DNA from: Gonapodya sp. JEL0774
Lineage: Eukaryota
Length of the DNA: 64,000 nucleotides
Direction of reading: 5' to 3'
Assembly: GCA_027604505.1 (NCBI GenBank)
Contig: JADIIX010000063.1
Span: forward strand, 62,001-126,000
Shown: piece after piece, positions 48,626 to 63,121 of the stretch
How the letters are laid out: the number at the start of each line of letters is the position of its first letter
Position numbering within the stretch: position 1 is the first letter of the stretch
Notes under the pieces: model-generated
What the model saw: the letters and a program-made list of their open reading frames with translations, nothing else
Told to the model about the DNA's origin: nothing
Database searches by the model: none
Made by a program: the position numbers and the translations under genes

Positions 48626-50854
48626 CTAGTACGTTGGGGACCTCACTCCTTCTCCAACTCCCTTAATCACCTCCAACTTCTTCACCTCTCTCGCCAGCAC
48701 TCTGGACTCCGTGGCAGCCTTGTCCCTCAGCTCGCCAAGAATGTCGCGCTTCTCCGTCGTCAGCTCCGACTCGCGAGCAGCGATGCCTGAAGATACTTCT
48801 TGAATGGCTGTTAGGACAACGGAAAGCTGGTTGGGGACTGCGTTAGGTGGGCGTGAGTTTGTGAACTGGTGGGCGACTCAGGAAAGCATTAGGGAACGGT
48901 GACGTACGCCAGTGAATGATGGGGCTTCCGCCTGTGGCAACCGGGTGGTTTGTGTATTTGAGAATGTAGTTTTTGGTGAAGCGCCAGTGTCGACTGTCGA
49001 TTCGAAATAATAATTAGGTGAGAACTCGACAAACACTCAGATGCTCCCCTTCGACAACACGTACTCCCTGAATTCCCGAATCTGATCCAGCGCCTCAACA
49101 TACGTCACGGCTGAGTTTGCGTCCGCTTCCGCGAACTTGCGCACACCGAGCTCTCGCGAGCGAGCCTCCACCCAAGACACCCAAGCTGAGTGGTGCGACG
49201 GACGGTAGGTACGGAAGTCACGGAGGGTCTCTGTGAGAGGGTTATGTGGCATGAGGTCTTCGCACGATCATGATCGTAAGTCTGACGGTGATGCAAGATG
49301 AAAATAAATGGAATGCTGTTCCTACAAACCGGTCACCTGCAAGAGGTTGTCCATCGTGGGCACGATGGAATCGTTGGCACCGCTTTCCCCTCGGAAAAAG
49401 GTGGGTTGGTCACTGACTCCTTCGTAGAGCACGCCATTGGGGAACATGGGCTTGTCACGGAACTTGTAATCACCACATCACAGGTAAACTCCTCCCCATA
49501 GTACAAAACTGACCTGGTTTTTGGTTCCCATGATGAATGTTCTGAAGTCTTTGTACCCTCCTGGCTCACTCCTCCCCCACATTGTGTCCATCGTAAAGTT
49601 GATCTTCCTCGCAGCTTCCACAACACCTTCGAGCCCAGCATTGAAGGCGGTACGGTCAGCCCGAGCGAGACCATCCAACGCGGCTGCAGTTGCGGTGACC
49701 AAGGATCCAGAGTGACGGACCATGGCAACGTGCACGAGGATGAAGCCGGATTCCTGGTCGAGGAGGAGTCATTTCGGTTGGAAGGGTGTGATAAACAGAA
49801 TTGGACGTGCCAGCAGCGCGCCACGCACGGACTCTGATCCCGCAAAGCTTCTGATAACACGAATGTTCCTATAATCGGGCGGCGCTTCCTTGTTGATTCT
49901 TTCGTAGTTGTACAACGCGTAGGATTGGGCGTACTCCATGAAGGGCTTGGAGTAGAGACTTTTTGAATACGTAGCGCAATATAAGCAAAATGCAGAATAG
50001 TCCAGTGATAAAACGAAAGGTGTGGGACAAAAATTAATATAGAACTGATGGCGATACAAACTTACCGGTCGCTGAGCGTGGCCAGCGGCACCGCGATCTG
50101 CTTTGGCAGGACAGGACGACCAAGACCATAGGAGTCACCAGTTCTGGTGAGTGGTGAGCCAATTGTCAGATACGATTCGAAGCGCCAGGGAAGTGGGGTT
50201 TCGCACGCACGAACCTTCGGATTTCCAAATCGCAAGGTTCTAAAAGGTATGCGGATGCAAGAAACGTGTAGTCGCGGTACAGCTGATTGACAAAAGGAAA
50301 GAGCGAAGTTGGTTCACATGACGAGTTTTCATCACACCCACAGAGTACCAACGCACAACGTACCGCCGCAAGCAACTCAGGATCTGTGACCTCGCTCACG
50401 TCCAGCGTGGGAAATTTCTCCAGGACTTCCCCTCCCAACTCTCCTCTGGACAGCAAGCCCCTGCCTCCCTCTGGTAGGTAAACGGGCATCCGACGGAGGA
50501 GCGAATCGAGCGGGTCATACTTGGAAGGAAGAGTGCTGAGCGGGTCCTGTAAGATTTTGGGAGACGGATCAGTTTCATTTGGGTGTAGGATGGGGTGGTG
50601 TGTGCGGCCCGAGGAGACTCAGACGACCCCTTTACCTTTCGCGGGAGAAATCCGTTCTGTCTCCCAACAGTGAAAACCGGCAGGCTCTTTACATCTGCGT
50701 AGTCCTCGGCAAGTTTGAACGTTGGCGGCGCCGGGGTGGTGTCCATGATCGACGGGGGAAGTGCGGACGCGAAAAGGGTCGGTCGCGACCGGGAGACGAA
50801 GGACCTACTAAAAGACAGGCCCGCCCGCGCAGCATGGGATTTGAGCCTGAGCAT
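48626..50854 (-). CDS. indoleamine 2,3-dioxygenase family protein (IDO-gamma/bacterial-like type)
   Basis: QNGFLPR, LYRDYTFLASAYLLEP, PFMEYAQSYALYNY, GFILVHVAM, YKDFRTFIMGTKNQ, FRGESGANDSIVPTMDNLLQ, FRTYRP and HPVATGGSPIIHWLPNQL. Confidence 0.9.
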
Positions 50855-51741
50855 AGTGCGCTGGGGTGGATTTGTAGCTTCTGAGCGTGGGTTTCTGGTT
50901 TGTCTGTAAATGTGGGGAAACTTACTTTTTCGAAATTGTATCCCAAAGCCCTGAATCCCTTTTTTTGAAGGCGTGATTCAAACTGTTGTTTGCCACTCTA
51001 CGGTGTCGGGCAAAAGTCTGGACACGAGAAGCAAACACACTCACCGTGCCTCTAGATGCAACTGATGCATCAAGGAACGGAACTGATGAGGGACGCCGTC
51101 TCAGGCTCCATTCTGACGTGTGTATGGGAGTGAGCAGTTGAACTATTGCCAACTGTGCGGCCGGGACCTCACGAAGAGAGTGGAAAAAGGTGCATCGAGG
51201 CTGACTTGGAGAATCTTTAATAATTATCTACAAATACGAAGAACAGAGTACAATGCCGATAATTGCTTATCAGGAAATACAGCCCCAGAGGAGATATCTA
51301 CTCAACACACTTGTACTTTATTCTCAACCAGTGCTAAGAGGAGAAATTGGAGCATTGTCAAGTTGCCGCGCACGAATACAGCGACTTTTTAGAGTGTTGT
51401 GGTGTATCGGGATCATCCTGAGGGTCGAGGGATGGGTCGAGCGAATACGCTGCGTCACCATCACCCTCATATACTAACCAGTGCTAGTACCACTAAAAGT
51501 CCCAAACGTGGGATCTTCCACCAAGAAGTAAATCACCCCAAGCAAATTCGGCACCATCCCCAGGGACAAGAGCGACCACGCAAAGCACAGCCCGGCAAAC
51601 ACATTTAATTCTTCAAGGGACTTGCACCCGAATCAGAAATAGCGTCTCTGTGTTCTGAGAAGAATCAATGGTTGTAATACTTTGGGACTGCCTGCCGTGG
51701 CCTCTTGAATTCTCCGACCCAAACACCGCTTCCCGCTCACC

Positions 51742-53960
51742 ATGGAACCCGCCCGCGTCCATCCACCGCCGCCACCTCCACAGTCTGCGCCACCGCCCCC
51801 ACCACCGTGTGTTCCAGTCATCGATATCTCAGATCCGATTCAAGTAACACAAATTCTGCCATTCGCTTTGCTCGAGTGCGGAAACTTTCTCATTGTAAAT
51901 CATGGCGTGGAAACTGAAACCATTAAACGTTATGCGAATCAACTTTTTGAGCTGCCGGACGAAGTGAAGAGGGCAATGGCAGTCGACGAGAGCAGACACT
52001 TCTTCGGATATACCGGCATAGGTCAGCTGTTGGTCCTTTGCATACCGAACTCTCCATTCATTTGTTTTTGATAAATTTATGGCTGCTGTTACGATGGCTG
52101 ATGTTCAACGTTGACGAAACACATCGTTTTCGTGCGGATCACAACGATCGAACACCTGTCTCTCACTTGAGTAGGTCACGCCACCACAGAGGGAAAACCC
52201 GATTGCAGAGAAGACTTCGGTGTGTTGTCGATTCACAGCCAGAACGGTACTCTCAGACGAACCCAGATTAAATGACATTCACGTGTCGCTTTGATCTTTC
52301 GCGGGCGTTGGTCCGCTCACAGACTTTGGCAATGACCTCCCATGTAAGTGTTTGACATCGAGTGATGCATGGAAATTGGGTTCATGTGTGCAGGACATTT
52401 CGCTTTCCCACTCTCAGAGTATGGTGCATTGTACAAAGAGGGCGAAACACGTCCTGGCGAAGCTTCACGGATAGACATCATGATGACTTTAGATACGCGC
52501 GACCTACCTACTCATACCTGCCATTTCACCTCACCTGTCTATCCTCCACAGCCATCTGGCGCCCAAACGACCCGCCCCATCTCCGGTACAGACCAGGCCC
52601 GAACCAATGGCCGCCCGAACATCTCTTACCAGGATTCAAGGATGCGTCTAAGGCGTACTCGGACCAGATGATGAAGTTGGGGATGAAGTTCATGCGGTGG
52701 ATTGCCGACGTGGTGCAGGGACGACAGATCCGGACGGACGACGGTGTGACTGGCGCTGGCGAGCCCGCGGCCACGACACACGGTGCGACGGAGCAGCACA
52801 CCGAGCACCACGGTCGCCACGGCGAGCTCTCGACCGACCTCGCCATCACGTTGCCTCGCAATCCTCCTCTCGACCCTCTCGACCCGTCCATCTTCGCCCG
52901 CTACTTCGACGGATCCTCCATACGCGGCGGGAGGATAAAGTTCGTGAGGTACCCTCCTGCGGGATCGAAGGACCTCGTGGGGGTTGAGAATGGACAGGGA
53001 GGTACGGTGGGACTTGTTGTGCGTGGTTGTTCTCGAACGACCCTAAACCGAAACAAATCGCACTCCCGTCCTCAGTCGGACCTCACCGAGATTTATGGCT
53101 GACCTTCCTCCTTCACGCGAATGATTTGCCCGGTCTCCAGGTCCAGGCACGGGATGGTGCGTATCGTGTGAAAACAGCATGTCGCCAGAACACAACAATC
53201 CAGTCTCACCATCCACACACACACACATATACACTCAAAAAAAAACTGACCTACTTACCCAGGCACATGGCTTTCCGTACCTCCCATCCCAAACTCCTTT
53301 GCCGTCACTGTAGGGCAAGCTCTGGAATCAGTTACCCACGGCATCCTCCTGGCCACCCACCACTGCGCCACCATACCTCCACCCGGTTCTCCGGCGAGGA
53401 TAACAATACCGTATTTTATGGATATCTCAGGCGATACGACGCTGGGCATGATTAAGGAGGGACTGGAAGTTGGGGAGGGAGGCTTGGAGAAGAGGATGGT
53501 AGAGTGGGCGAGGTGGCGGAGGTGGGAGGAGGAGAGGAGGAAGAGAGCGAAATTGGCTGCAACGGCACGTATGAGAATCCAATGTGGAAATGGTGATGGG
53601 GCGTCTGCATCCTCCTGCCCAGCTGTTACGCCATTGTCAGTCGCTAACCCCACCACGGAAGCACCATCGACACCGTCAAGCACCACCGCCCCCACACAAC
53701 CACCTGTTACAACACCACCTGATCTATCTTCGACCTCAGATATAACAACACGCACTATCACACCGGATTCGGCACCTCCATGGCAACCCACTGAGTCCTC
53801 CACCCTCCGTGAGCTCCACTTCCGTGGTATGCTCGCTCGAAGACCCCAAGTTGGCCGCCGCTGGTACCCGGAGATGATGGCGGAGATTGAAGCGCAGGGA
53901 AACCCGGTCAGCGGAGCTGGTACAAGGAACGAGAAAGGAGAGACAAATTCGGACATGTGA
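51742..53960 (+). CDS. 2-oxoglutarate/Fe(II)-dependent dioxygenase (IPNS/DIOX_N family)
   Basis: VPVIDIS, GNFLIVNHGV, FFGYTGIG, GPNQWP, VRYPP, VGPHRDLWLTFL (HxD), GLQVQ and ATHH (distal His). Confidence 0.92.
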
Positions 53961-54227
53961 CCCGGTACACGTGGTGGTAAACGCATATTATTTTTGGTGT
54001 ATCCCCTCGTGCGGTTACAGTGAGTCAGGGTAAATAGTGTAAGGGTATCAACAGGGCATGCAAACGGGCCGTTCTATGTAAATGTCCTCATGGAACATCG
54101 ATCAACACGACCTGGGGCCATACGCTCCAGATGGCACGGCTGCCATCTCGCGGGGCTCACAGGATCGGCCGGTCCTGGTATTATTCTAAACCCTCGAGCA
54201 TCTCCAAAGCATTAGAGTCCATTTATC

Positions 54228-54732
54228 TCAACCAATCCACATGGGAGTCCCATGACCATTGCGATACCGATGGAGAGTGTAGAGGCTCAGCTTATGCCCG
54301 TCCCTTTGCAGGCGACTGTGCCGAGACGGGGGAAGAACTCTGCTGCTCTGCCAATAGAAGCTGTCGAGCTGCCATGGCCTCACGATGTTGCTGGACTGGA
54401 GTCGCCGGAAGAAGACCAGCCTGACGCGGATGCGTTAGGGACACGAACAGTCTGCAGAGCATACTTCAAACTCTCAAACACCAACACACCTTGTTCAGCA
54501 GCCATCCCACCCTGTCAGTTGGCTCAGCGCCATTAGCAATCCAATACTTTGCTCGCTCAAAGTCCAGTTCGATGTGTTTCACCCCGTTCGCGTCCGGGAT
54601 GGGGTTGTAAGTCCCGATTCTTTCGATGTGCCGTCCATCCCGGGGAGCGCGAGCCTCAGCGACAACGATGCCATAGAAAGGGTTGTGGCGGACGCCCCAG
54701 CGAGCCAGACGAATGCGGACGGCGTTGCCCAT
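54228..54732 (-). CDS. MRPS16: mitochondrial ribosomal protein bS16m
   Basis: AVRIRLARWGVRHNPFYGIVVAEARAPRDGRHIERIGTYNP...KYWIANGAEPTDRV|AGLLP. The 3' end is uncertain. Confidence 0.93.
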
Positions 54733-54867
54733 GAATGAGGATGAGAAAGTTTGTTAAGCTGGTATCCACGTTGCTGCGGTCAAAAAGCCCGCCATGATCG
54801 TCACTATCGGTTCCGATTCGCGTTATCACTTTCTGGGGTATACATCAAAATTGAAATGGCCGAATTC

Positions 54868-57800
54868 CTAGAACCATTCGACACTCAAATCAAGCTCAAG
54901 TAGATCATCCAAAACACGGTCAACGCTGCTGCCCACACTCTTGGACACTTCTCGTTGCCGCCGTATGCTTAAGTTATTGAACATTTCGATCACATTTCCA
55001 TCTAAAATGTTGGCCCCTCGCGTGACGGTGGATGGGGAACTTAGAAAGGACGCGGACGTGGAACGGAGACGCCTGAACAACGTGATTCAAAGCAAGGTGG
55101 AGCCGTGAACTGGTGATCCACAGAAATAAGAAACCCACCTGAAACCTCTCGGATTCAATCCAGCAATCTGCTGTGCTCCGGCAACTAGACGGTTTGCTAC
55201 TGCAGTCAATCGGCGGTACATTTTTTCGGGAATGGGAACCATGGCACACAGGCCACCATCCGCAGTCGCTGAATCCAATACAGGTGTGACATAAATCATC
55301 GAATCACGACATTTTCTTCGAATTAAACCATTCGAAGTCAAGAAATCTCACTCATTATTACCGCTTGCTGCCTGCTCGCCATTGCCGGCCCGCCCTTTCT
55401 CCTGGGTAGGGTCATTTTGCGCACTCTGACCATTTGGAGAACCTGACTGCCGACGTGAAACTCGCCCCGACGGAGAAGCTTGGTGCCACCAATGGACCGC
55501 ACATCTGCGAAAAAGCCCGTCACAGAAGAGCATAAGTCACAACAGAATGCCAACAGCATAGAGGCTCAAGGACACCAGATTCCAAACGCAAAATGTTGTA
55601 CTTACCCTCGGGAGAGAACGCAAACATGAGCAAATTCCCCTCCGAATCTGCGGTGAGCAAAGATAATTGGTTGTGGTCGATGAGGAAGTCGGTGGCACAA
55701 ACTTCCAATTGGCTGAAGTCGCGGCCCAAGGAGCCAAGCTTGGCTGGCTCCTCCTGAAAAAATAAAACAGGTTCCAGGAACAGTTAACTTCATGAGGGTC
55801 AAACGACCATTGTCACACGTCCCAATTCACTAACTTGGAACCCCATGAACCACAAACTCTTCATTATGTCTCCTGCGACAATGACATTCTTTATGGCGCT
55901 TACCGACCGCACATAAATATTCACGTCCAAGAACGCTACACCATCCAACGATTCTCCGTCTTCAAATGAATGTACGATAACCTACACAGGAACTCTGCTG
56001 ATCATATGGACTTCTCCGAATTATCACTCGCATTAATATCGACACACCTTGTTGCCAATGGCGGCGAGCAAGTATCCATTCACGCCACACAATTTGGTCA
56101 CTGGTCCCGCCGTACCTTTGTCATCCGACTGGTAGAGCAGTTTGAGTTTATGGTTCGTCCGAGGATTGTCTGGTTCTGGCACCACCTCTATCACGTCGAA
56201 GATGTAAATCTTCGAGGAAGAAGCACACAGAAATGAAAATCGCATTTCAATAAAAACCAAAAACCAAATACCAGTTTTTTTTGTGGTTTTCTATTGGCGA
56301 TTCGTCATCATTTCGTGCTCACCTTGCCTCGCGACGAGAGGTCCTCAGCTCGAACGAAGCCCGTGCCTACAACGATGAACAGTTTCCGCCCGCTCGCAGT
56401 TTGTTTACTTTCAAGACTGATAGTCTGGGCGTCCAGTATGTGCTCGTACTCTGCAAACTGGTATCTGTGCAAGGTTTGGAGAGTCAGACGTGACACCTCA
56501 AGATATTTGAAAGGCAGGAAACAAACCGGTCTACTGTTTCCCAAGTGAGTGGCGAGATAAGCTCTAGTTGGAATTGCCTATCCTCAGGAAGAAACGCGCC
56601 AGGAGCTGACGACGGTGGAACCGTTCAATGTGGTAAAACACGTTGGCTCATCAAGATAGTAGTCGCACTCACGTCGACCTTCCATGCCAGTGTCAGGTTT
56701 GAGAGGATCGGCCGTTGGTACTTGCCCATTCACCTGTTCGCCCTCCTCTATAACACCCGCGAGCACTGCTGCAGCATACTGTGCGCGGCTGAGAATAAAC
56801 GGTACCGTAGTCGAAGTCGCGAGAACAAACGTTTGCGAGGTAGCGTGGGCCATGACATGGTGGGGTGTGCGTTTGAGTGGAATTTTTCGGATCGGCCAAT
56901 CTGCGTCGAGATTGTGGGCACTCGGAAGACGGGCTATGCGGAGGTTGCCCTGCGAGCAACATTATTGCGGTCAGCTAGTCAATTTTTCAGCCGTTCACAA
57001 TCAACTCACATTGGAATTAACGTACACGAACCCGTGCTTGCAAGTCGCTGAGTCAAATTCACTAAAGCCGAGAATTTCTCCATCTACAACCATTGGGTGA
57101 ACTCGAATATTTCTCTTCCCAGAAATCGCAGATGGAATGGAGAGGGGTACAAACTGAGGATCAAGCGCTACGGAATGATCCATGCCGCTCCCAGTGTGAT
57201 GCGCGAGGTCGTCTTCCAATTTGTTGCCATTTGCTTTCTTTGAAGATCGAATCTCCAATCCAGCCGCATCAATATCCAACGAGGTAATCGGAATGCTAGT
57301 GTTCACCATTCCCAGCACAATGGAGGGTCGAGCACCTGCCACGAAAACCCCTTCATATATTGCGCTGTCGTCCCAGCCGACCAAGCTATTGAATTTTCGA
57401 AGCTTCCGTCGCCGGATATCTTTTGGGTCTTGGATGTTCAGATCATGCGGGGAGGTTTGCAGTTTGTCAAGATCTACAAAGAAGCGTAGTTCTCTGCCAT
57501 TGTGATCGTGGTGATGGCGGACAAACCGAATAGCCAATCGGTTCTGAGCTTTGTCAGGTATGGTCTCATCGTAGGAAGAGGATCCCGTTGCACGTGCAGA
57601 TAATATGTTAGTGCTACTTGCTCCTGGAGTCATGAGAGTACTTGGGAACGCCGAAGGTGCTGGAATATCGCCTGCCGCCTCCAGGTGGTAGAATCCTCGG
57701 TAAATTGCTATATCTCCACCCGCCGCTCGTGCCTTGAACGCATGCACTTAATTTATTAAGCAAGCGCAAACTACGAACGATCCTCACCAACAAATAGAGA

Positions 57801-60800
57801 TCCTTCTCGGTGCCTTCTCGTCCAATGTGACACAATAGCACTTCGGAGATTGGTGCTCCTCCAGCTGCAGCAGTGTTTGAACCGAGTTGCGGTGCATCGG
57901 TGATCACTGTTGGAAGCAAGTCGAAATATGGCACCAGATAGCACGATTCCATATCTGGAAGCCTGCAGATCTGAGAGTGCATCATTCCAAAGTGTCCTTG
58001 TTTCGACAATTGTTGTCATTGTTAATATCGCAGGATGAGTACGCACCTCCAATGTTCCATTCTCATGCAAGATCGTCGCCCAGAAGTTTGCATCACCAGC
58101 AGGACTCACACCCATACGGCTCACATTCTCCATAGTGATCTCTGCGTGTACTGAGACGGAACCCTCTGCTGCACGTCCCTTTCCCTTAAGGCTCAACGGA
58201 TCATCTTGGCCGCTGTGTTCTCCTGTCATTCGTCTTACGTCATCAAGAAAATCCTCTTTTCCCATTCCATACAAGTTCGAGTCGCTGACCTCGCGGGTCG
58301 CTATGCCATTTACACGAGCACCCGCCTCGTCACCACCATACAAAAGATCCCTGTCCAATTCATCCAAATACCCATCTGCCCCAGCGAGCTCTGATATTGG
58401 TGCCGAAGACAAAGTTCTGCCGTCGTATGGCTTTTGACGGGATCGTGGAGGCTGCTGGAGTCGCGTCATGTCATCAAACCCTCCTCCCTCGCTTAACCGT
58501 GAAATAGCTGTGAATCGTTTCTCCGCTTCACGGAGTGTTGGCAATAGCCGCCCTTTTGTGGGATCCATGTAAATAGAAAAGGCTTTGATCGAACTGAATT
58601 CTGCCTGAAAGGTTCACCAGAGAATCTCAAACAAAAGTCCATGGACGAGTCACAACAAACAATACCTTCAGCTCTTTTACAATGTTCAACTTCCCAGCAT
58701 GCACTATTTGCTCCCCAGGCTCTGCTGCATCCCCGCTGTGATCATCCTCTGCCACCATTATCAAGCTGTTGCCATCTACACTCATCACCCAAACGTAGGG
58801 ATCAACAATATCTGCAGAAACGATTATTTGATCGGCAAAAAGGTCCGAGATTTTCAGCTCCTGCACCAAACGACCAGTTATGTCCAAGGCAGTCACGCTA
58901 CCCTGCGTGATCTGAACAATTAGTGATCCGTTCAAGACGGATCCCGCCGCTACTGTCCTCACAGACCGATGGAAACCCAGAGCTTTCGCTTCTAGCAGAT
59001 CTCCCCCAGAAGTGTCCAAAACGGTTGTTCCGTTGTTGCGTGAAATAAAGAGGAACCCCTTTTGCGGTTGTAGTCGACTTTCATCTTGCTCATATTCATC
59101 ACTGCTCACAACCACTTTCCACACATCTTCCAGCTTTGTTTCCTCTTCATCCACAATCGCACCATCATCGGATTCATCACCAGTGACCGCAGACTCTGGT
59201 TCTTTGGATGCCCTGAAATCCGCCGATTGGAAACTGGCAATGACGACTGGCGCTATGTTCTTCCGCAGAATCGTCAGGGTACCGGAAAGATCGCCACCAG
59301 TGCCACACATAAGCTCAAGATCCTGTCGCGGAAAAGTGGGTTCATATATGGGGGGTGCTGGATCATCGATGGGTTCTGGAAATGACGAGGGCCACCACGT
59401 TGGAATAGAAACAACACAGTCACGAAGAGGTCCAATGGAGGAAAGCTGATCTGTCGCACAAAAGCGAAGCTTTCGACGGATGGTTTGAAGACGATTCTCC
59501 GTTTTCGCCGTCGCCATTGTGCCTCTTGTGCCATTAGTCTCGTCGGTCGAATGCCCGTAAAGATCTTGTCATTGCAATCATGATCAGATCGAGCGATCGA
59601 GCGACCGAAATGGGTCGGTACAGCTCACCGGAGTCCATGTCGTCTTCGAACTTCATCCGCTTCCCGTTCACGGATCCGTCTCCTTCTTCAAATGCGTCGT
59701 CTGCTCTTCGCTTGGTCCCGTGAAGGCTGCCGTTGACTAAATCGTTCTCGACTTCCTCTACTTCTTCTTCATTTAATTCAACCTGTGCTTCTTCAAACTT
59801 GAATACAACGTCATCACCCAAACGGTTTGAAAGGAATACAAAGCCTTCCCGAGCACCTGGAACGACATCGCCCACCCTTGCGACACAGCCTGGAACGCCA
59901 ACAAGTTTTACACCACACCTTTCAACTTCGATTCTTCGCAATCCGCCCTTTTTCCGTCCCCAGCCACGACCTGAATCTTCCCCACCGACCAAGTCGACCC
60001 GCACAAACTCCCCCTTCTTGGTCACCAAAACAACCGTATCCGGATCCACGTCCCACACAACCGCCCCCGACAGATCTACTCCAACATCTTCTCCGCCTTT
60101 GCAACACTGTCCATGGTAAAGAGGGTTCGGTCGGTCATCCGGAATCGATCCGGGGCCGTAGGATAAAGGCGCGGCTTTTTTGCCAGGACCACCTGCCATC
60201 GCAGCATTAGCAAGGTTCGTTATCCGCTCCTCCGATCCCCAAAAAAAGTTGACAGGGGCCGCGATTCCTGGAACCGTTGTTTGATCGACGTAGACCACTC
60301 CGTTTGGATGGAGAACGAGGACTCCACCGAGGGGTTGAGGAAGCGGGTGAAGGCGAAAAGAGCCCGTGGGCAAACGATCATGAGAGAAAAGAACAGGGTA
60401 TGGTCGGTGATTGGGGTTGAGTGATGCATTAGGGTTTGGCGGCGTGAGTGGCAAAGTAACAGCCATCAGATGTACAGTATCGCGACGGGCAGGATACCGA
60501 CTACGCAGGTTTGTTTTTCAGAGCGAAGTCAAATACATTAAATCGACACGCGTGGGGACACGGAACTGCATATAAGCTCACCCAGTCCATGTTCTGTGTG
60601 ATTCGTATAATATGACAATGGTTGGAGTGTTGTATCCGTGAAGAAAAGCCACGTCGATAATGTTAACCATAGCAGGATCGATAGAGGAGAATGGAATCAC
60701 AAAAGAAGGGTGAAAAGGTGCCCTGAAGCGAATGAATGTGTGTTGCGTTCGAAGCTACTTAGTCCTCCGAATACAGTCAACGATGCAGACGAAGAGCGAG

Positions 60801-62037
60801 CGCAGCTGAGCTTACATTTCGTCGTCTTCATCCTCACCACTAGCAATCTTAGGTTTTCGGGCACTTCCACGTGCCCCGTACAGCTCGTCATCATCCACTG
60901 CCATACGGATTTCGTCCGCTTGCCTAACAGGTACGATCGCCATCCTTCCACCATACACCCTGAAAACCACACATCTATTCCGAGGGTCCACGCGTATCTC
61001 AGGGTGAAGATGGGTGGGGTTAAGGTGCTCGGAACGGTACTCCTCCCTCTCGTAAAAGTGTAAAGAGAGTGTAGAAAGGGAATGGGTCGGAGGGTGCCAA
61101 GAAACGAGGGACATCTATAACATCAGTTAAAGAGGAGGAGAATCGATCAGCCTGCGTCCAAAACTTGAGCTAAACATTGGAAGTCGAAGCTGTTCTTCAC
61201 AGAGTCAAACTCTGCCGTACGTCACGAAACGGAGCCACTCCTTCAATTGCGTCGGAATTTCTCCTACTATCAACACCGAGGTTCTCCGATTGAGCAGAGA
61301 TTGACGTCACTGGCTCGCACCTTTGCGTCTGCAAACCCCAGGAGCAAACTATCCATACCAGCGGCACCGACACCAACGGCAGTACGAACGACGCCCATAG
61401 ATTCAATCACACCAGCTAGCTTGCACGAGTGAATGTGATGGAGTCGAGCAACCTTTCGGCGTTGGGAGGCGAGCGCAGAGGAAACCGATGGTCGAAACTG
61501 AAAAAGGAGCGGATGTACAAGGCAAGTTGCGATAGCAACATCAGCGGTCAGAGATGGCGCGAAAACTATATCCATGGTTTGTATAAATTCATTACCGAGT
61601 ACCATAGTTTCTGAGCATATGGCTCAAATCGAGTCGGCATTCTCACACTTTTTGCTGCTTGCGGCTGCCAACAATGTCTCACCAATAGGTTCCTCCAATC
61701 AGCATATCCAGTTGTGCGCTCGACAATCCCGGTAACGAAATTTCCCGAAGACACAGTCTCTTCGTCCCTCTTCCCTTCAACTCACTTGTTGGTCCTCCAA
61801 ATCCCCAAACGCCATCCCCGCCTCCATTTCAATTGCAGCTGCATCATCACTGGTACCTCCAGGACCCCCAGTAGCTCCAAAGTTCGGGATAGTCTCCTCT
61901 TCTTGACGAACTTCGAAGATTTGGAGAGTGTTTCCTCTAGCAACTGCGAGATTCCTGGCGTCGGGGCTCACAAGAACACCAGAGACACAACATGACGCCA
62001 CGGAAGGGGGCAAGAGATCGCGGTACAGGTGGAACAT
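54868..62037 (-). CDS. CFT1: cleavage and polyadenylation specificity factor 160 kDa subunit
   Basis: MFHLYRDLLPPS, NLAVARGNTLQIF, DSLLLGFADAK, LSTLSLHFYE, IRVDPRNRC, VGTGFVRAEDLSSRGK, LLRRGEFHVG, AGLNPRGFR and NILDGNVI, spread over many exons. Confidence 0.95.
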
Positions 62038-62255
62038 GCTGGGTACCAAACCCAGGTATCGGATTACCCTTCTGCTGTTGACCGCAGCATATGAGTTCTC
62101 GTCTTATCGCAAACATTAATAACTCCTTGATAGTTTCGGGACAACCGAAGAATACTGCATTCATGCATATAGTTGTACTGTTTTTGATTGCGATTGCAGC
62201 TATCTTGGTACAACTAATGGTAGCGTTCTTGCACAACGGTGGTATGTCTCACAAC

Positions 62256-62836
62256 TCAAAGTTTGGACCAGACGCAGATAGTAACACCAAAAACAATCAG
62301 AGACATACCGAAAAGGGAACCTGTTTGGACGAAATGGGTCCTTAAAAGTCGGGTGGATTGAATGGAAGCGGGCGCACAACGATGACCAGCACTTACCACC
62401 TGATATTCGCTCACCCAACACAAACCAGCCAGACAGACACGTGAAAACAAATGCGAGTGCGTTCACCACCGGTACAGCAATGGAGAGCCCGGTATCAGAC
62501 AGGAGGTAGTAGTACAGAATTGAGCCTGAAAGATTCGCAGCAAGCGCGAGCAGATACTACAAGGACCAGTTGCGTACCATCAGTTTAAGGCAAGGACATG
62601 CAAGTAATGGTCTGAAAAGCGATTGTCTCCACCTTCCATCGAGTTCCGAGAAACGCTAACTCATTCGCCAGACGTTTCACCCGTCCAATTTCGCCTAATG
62701 ATGGTCGTGAGTCCTCCAGGCCTTTTGAGCTGCTACGAAGGAGCGGATTCGTGGCGCCCCATAGGAAGGAAACTGCGAGCAATCGAGGAATCGAGGCTGC
62801 CTCGAAGTGGGAAAGTTTTCCTTCTGCCGTTATCAT
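62256..62836 (-). CDS. TMEM234: TMEM234-family small membrane protein
   Basis: LLAVSFLWGATNPLLR, ANLSGSILYYYLLSDTGLSIAVPVVNALAFVFT and GMSLIVFGVTICV. Confidence 0.88.
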
Positions 62837-63121
62837 TTTACAATCGACGCGAACGCACAGAGCGTATTAGTGGAAGGCATCGGTGGAATAAGTGAAAGTG
62901 AAATATGGTTCCAATGGGGAACAAATGAGTTTTTGAAGGGCTTGCGCCCACAACTCTGGTTTGAACAGACGTTTCGTTTTGGAGGACCGTAGGAACAACC
63001 TGCACGAAGTCCGTGCCTCCAACCACTTTGGGCCATGAACAGAGGAACTAATAATAGCATGTAACTTGTGATCTTGTTCAAAAACTGTTCTGAAAATATG
63101 CCGCGTTTGTTCAAAATATTC

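Noticed and set aside
9929..62037. Functional cluster of RNA quality-control genes (TRIP4, UPF2, RO60, CFT1)
   Set aside because: The genes are interspersed with unrelated ones, which is compatible with chance in a compact genome.
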